This document shows, in pieces, positions 62,128-64,000 of a DNA stretch of 64,000 bases. The notes beneath the pieces are model-generated. The model was not told where the DNA came from and did no database searches. It saw only the letters and a program-made list of their open reading frames with translations. Location: the IMG/VR virus record IMGVR_UViG_3300020577_007535, positions 1,401-65,400 of that record; one strand, 5' to 3'. Numbering within the stretch: position 1 is the first letter of the stretch; every line of letters starts with the position of its first letter. This DNA comes from a virus (lineage: Duplodnaviria; Caudoviricetes). The translations under genes were made by a program, and so were the position numbers.

Positions 62128-63243
62128 TCATCGGCTTACCTCGGGAAACTGGCGGGTGCCAAGGTCATTCGGCCACTGCTCGACGTCGGCGCCTTTCTTG
62201 TCGGACAGGCCCGCGCGCCACAGCCACCGGTCCTGCGGGTAGATCCCCGGGATGCCGAGATCATCGAGTTCCTCTTGCGAACTTGCCGCGCGCGCCTCGC
62301 TCACCACGTAGGCGCCCATCTGCTTGCCGAAGAACGGGACGCCCGCCTCTGCGCACTGCTCGCGCGCATCCTGGAGCCATTCGATTGCGCACGGCCTGGC
62401 GTTGTTTCCGCTCTCTCCGCCCGCGATCACCCAGTTGATGCCCCGCCGGGTCTTGCTCGGGTAAGCGCGCAGCCAGTGACCATGGGAGAGCTCCCCCGTT
62501 GAGTCATTGGCCGCGCATTCGTTGCAGTATTCGTGCCCGCCCTCGTCCGTCCGGACGAACTGGCGATCGTGGGTGTCGCACCGGCCGCGGTCGAAATCGA
62601 CCGGGCCGAGCGCCGGCTCATAGGAGACAAAGCGCACTGGAGCTGGGATCTTGAGCAGCTGCGGGATGCGCTCCTCCGCGCGCTCCTGGTTCTCGACCGT
62701 GCAGCCGATCCAGACGTGATCGGGCCAGTTCGAGCCCAGGCGCTGGCAGGTGCACAGGCCGCCCTTGAACCAGCCGCAGTAGTCTTCGTGTACCCACGCC
62801 TTGGGGACCATCTTCAGGACGTTCTCGGGGCGCTTGGTGAGCAGCAGCATATCGAGCGCCGGGCAATCCTCGATCAGGTTGAACAGCTTCTCGCGCACCC
62901 CGTCGAGGCCCTTCATGGTGCCGACGTTGAGCACCTTGCCGTGGAAGTCCTCGAAGACATCGGCCATCGAAGCGATGAACACGCGCCGCCGGACTCCCTC
63001 CTGCTCGGCCTTGGCGTTCCAGCGCTCCACCTGGTTCCAGTTCATAAACGAGGTCACCCGGCGCGGCGCACCGCCGCCCCAGATCGGGAGCTTCGCCGCG
63101 GCCTTGTCCTGTCCGAGCACCAGGTGCGGCGCGCGCTTGGACAGCGCCTCGGCGTAGCAGTTCTTGCAGCCCTCGCTGACCTTCGTGCAACCGATCCACG
63201 GGTTAAACGTGTAGTCCGCCCATTCGATTTTTGTTCTGGCCAA
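62128..63243 (-). CDS. DUF5131 / phage Gp37-Gp68 family protein
   Basis: TKIEWADYTFNPWIGCTKVSEGCKNCYA, VFIASMADVF, LLLTKRPEN, WIGCTVENQ, WVIAGGESG; TTG start after AGGAG. Confidence 0.92.
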   Translation of the reverse strand: MARTKIEWADYTFNPWIGCTKVSEGCKNCYAEALSKRAPHLVLGQDKAAAKLPIWGGGAPRRVTSFMNWNQVERWNAKAEQEGVRRRVFIASMADVFEDFHGKVLNVGTMKGLDGVREKLFNLIEDCPALDMLLLTKRPENVLKMVPKAWVHEDYCGWFKGGLCTCQRLGSNWPDHVWIGCTVENQERAEERIPQLLKIPAPVRFVSYEPALGPVDFDRGRCDTHDRQFVRTDEGGHEYCNECAANDSTGELSHGHWLRAYPSKTRRGINWVIAGGESGNNARPCAIEWLQDAREQCAEAGVPFFGKQMGAYVVSEARAASSQEELDDLGIPGIYPQDRWLWRAGLSDKKGADVEQWPNDLGTRQFPEVSR

Positions 63244-63278
63244 GGTCTCTCTCCTGTCGTCGTCGTCGTCGCGCAGCG

Positions 63279-63998
63279 CTAGGCTGCGATCTGGCGCACC
63301 AAGTCATCCGGCGCGCTCTTTGGTAGCCGCGAAGCGATCATCAGCCGCTCGGCGCTCTGCACGGGCCACACGCCCTGCGCTCCGCGGCACGGTACGGGCG
63401 CATCGAGCACCACCACCTGCGGCGTGGACCACCCGATCTGGGGGCGCCCGACGTACCACCCGCGGGCATCCCCGAAGATGAACCGGTCGAGCTTGGCGAG
63501 CGCCACGATCCCCCGGCCATGGGTCAAGATGTCCCGCGGCGTCACGTTGACGGTGATGCCCGCGGCATGCTGCGCCATCTTCAGCATGTCCGCGATCACC
63601 TGGCGGTGGTCATCCCGCACGGCCCCCTCGCCGTGCTGGATGCCGCCGATGCACTTGCCGCCATGGATCGCGAACCACTTGCCTTTGAGCTGCTCGCTGC
63701 GCCAGCTCCGATTCTCCACGTCCTTGCCGAAGTAGGCATAGGCGTAGGCCCACTCCGGCAGGAGCGTGATCGCTAGCAGCTCGGCGCCGGCCGACGTTTC
63801 GCCGTGGTAGGTCGCGCGCCCGGCCGAGCTGCGCACCAGGATGTCCGCCGCCAGGCTCCGGTGGCAGTACCGCGGGTCTTTGCAGTAGCAGACCAGCACG
63901 AGTTGTTTGCGGTCGAGCAGGTGCCGGAACACCGCGGGATCGCGCCGGTACCGCTCGCGGATCTCGCTGAGGTAGCGGTCGGAGTACTCCGGCCACAT
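63279..63998 (-). CDS. DUF488-like domain fused to an ASCH domain, probably 5'-truncated by the window edge
   Basis: LVLVCYCKDPRYCHRSLAA (DUF488-like), then AITLLPEWA...GKDVENRSW...WFAIHGG (ASCH). Confidence 0.7.
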   Translation of the reverse strand: MWPEYSDRYLSEIRERYRRDPAVFRHLLDRKQLVLVCYCKDPRYCHRSLAADILVRSSAGRATYHGETSAGAELLAITLLPEWAYAYAYFGKDVENRSWRSEQLKGKWFAIHGGKCIGGIQHGEGAVRDDHRQVIADMLKMAQHAAGITVNVTPRDILTHGRGIVALAKLDRFIFGDARGWYVGRPQIGWSTPQVVVLDAPVPCRGAQGVWPVQSAERLMIASRLPKSAPDDLVRQIAA

Positions 63999-64000
63999 CT

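Noticed and set aside
1-64000. Alternative genetic code or stop-codon reassignment
   Set aside because: Conserved genes are intact under code 11, and TAA, TAG and TGA all serve as stops; no suppressor tRNA.
1-64000. Inferring DpdA or Mom target motifs from k-mer depletion
   Set aside because: Cannot be counted reliably by eye; it needs a Markov-model k-mer analysis, so no claim is made.

Overview
A 64 kb slice of a very GC-rich tailed phage or prophage: a myovirus with a Mu-like head, a contractile tail and a PBSX-type terminase. The host is probably Myxococcota-like, inferred only from base composition, LAAC/LSGC lipoboxes and Cys-rich surface modules. The layout is as follows. 1-8.2 kb: a ParB fragment and a 7-deazaguanine DNA-modification cluster (queD, queE, a 55-aa XapX-like membrane gene missing from the ORF track, dpdA-like 1, folE, queC, dpdA-like 2, ParB-like). 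8.2-12.3 kb: packaging genes. 12.3-25.6 kb: accessory genes separating TerL from the portal, including a tmRNA-like mini-RNA, a tail-tube paralogue, an XRE regulator, an HNH nuclease, lipoproteins and a CHAP-HTH fusion. 25.6-51 kb: portal, head, neck, tail and baseplate, with a -1 frameshifted tail chaperone. 51-54.8 kb: four consecutive lipoprotein genes, one being a tail-fibre-like protein with a lipobox. Then a tRNA(CAT) and a leftward arm with a Mom-like GNAT enzyme, a stand-alone ClpX zinc-binding domain, DUF5131 and a DUF488/ASCH fusion. No integrase, transposase, polymerase, reverse transcriptase or CRISPR array is recognisable in the window. The best leads are the 114-nt Ala-identity tmRNA-like RNA lacking an mRNA domain, the two-DpdA cluster alongside Mom, the lipoprotein/fibre island, the tube paralogue and a three-copy palindromic operator. 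All product calls come from motif recognition by eye; no database searches were run.
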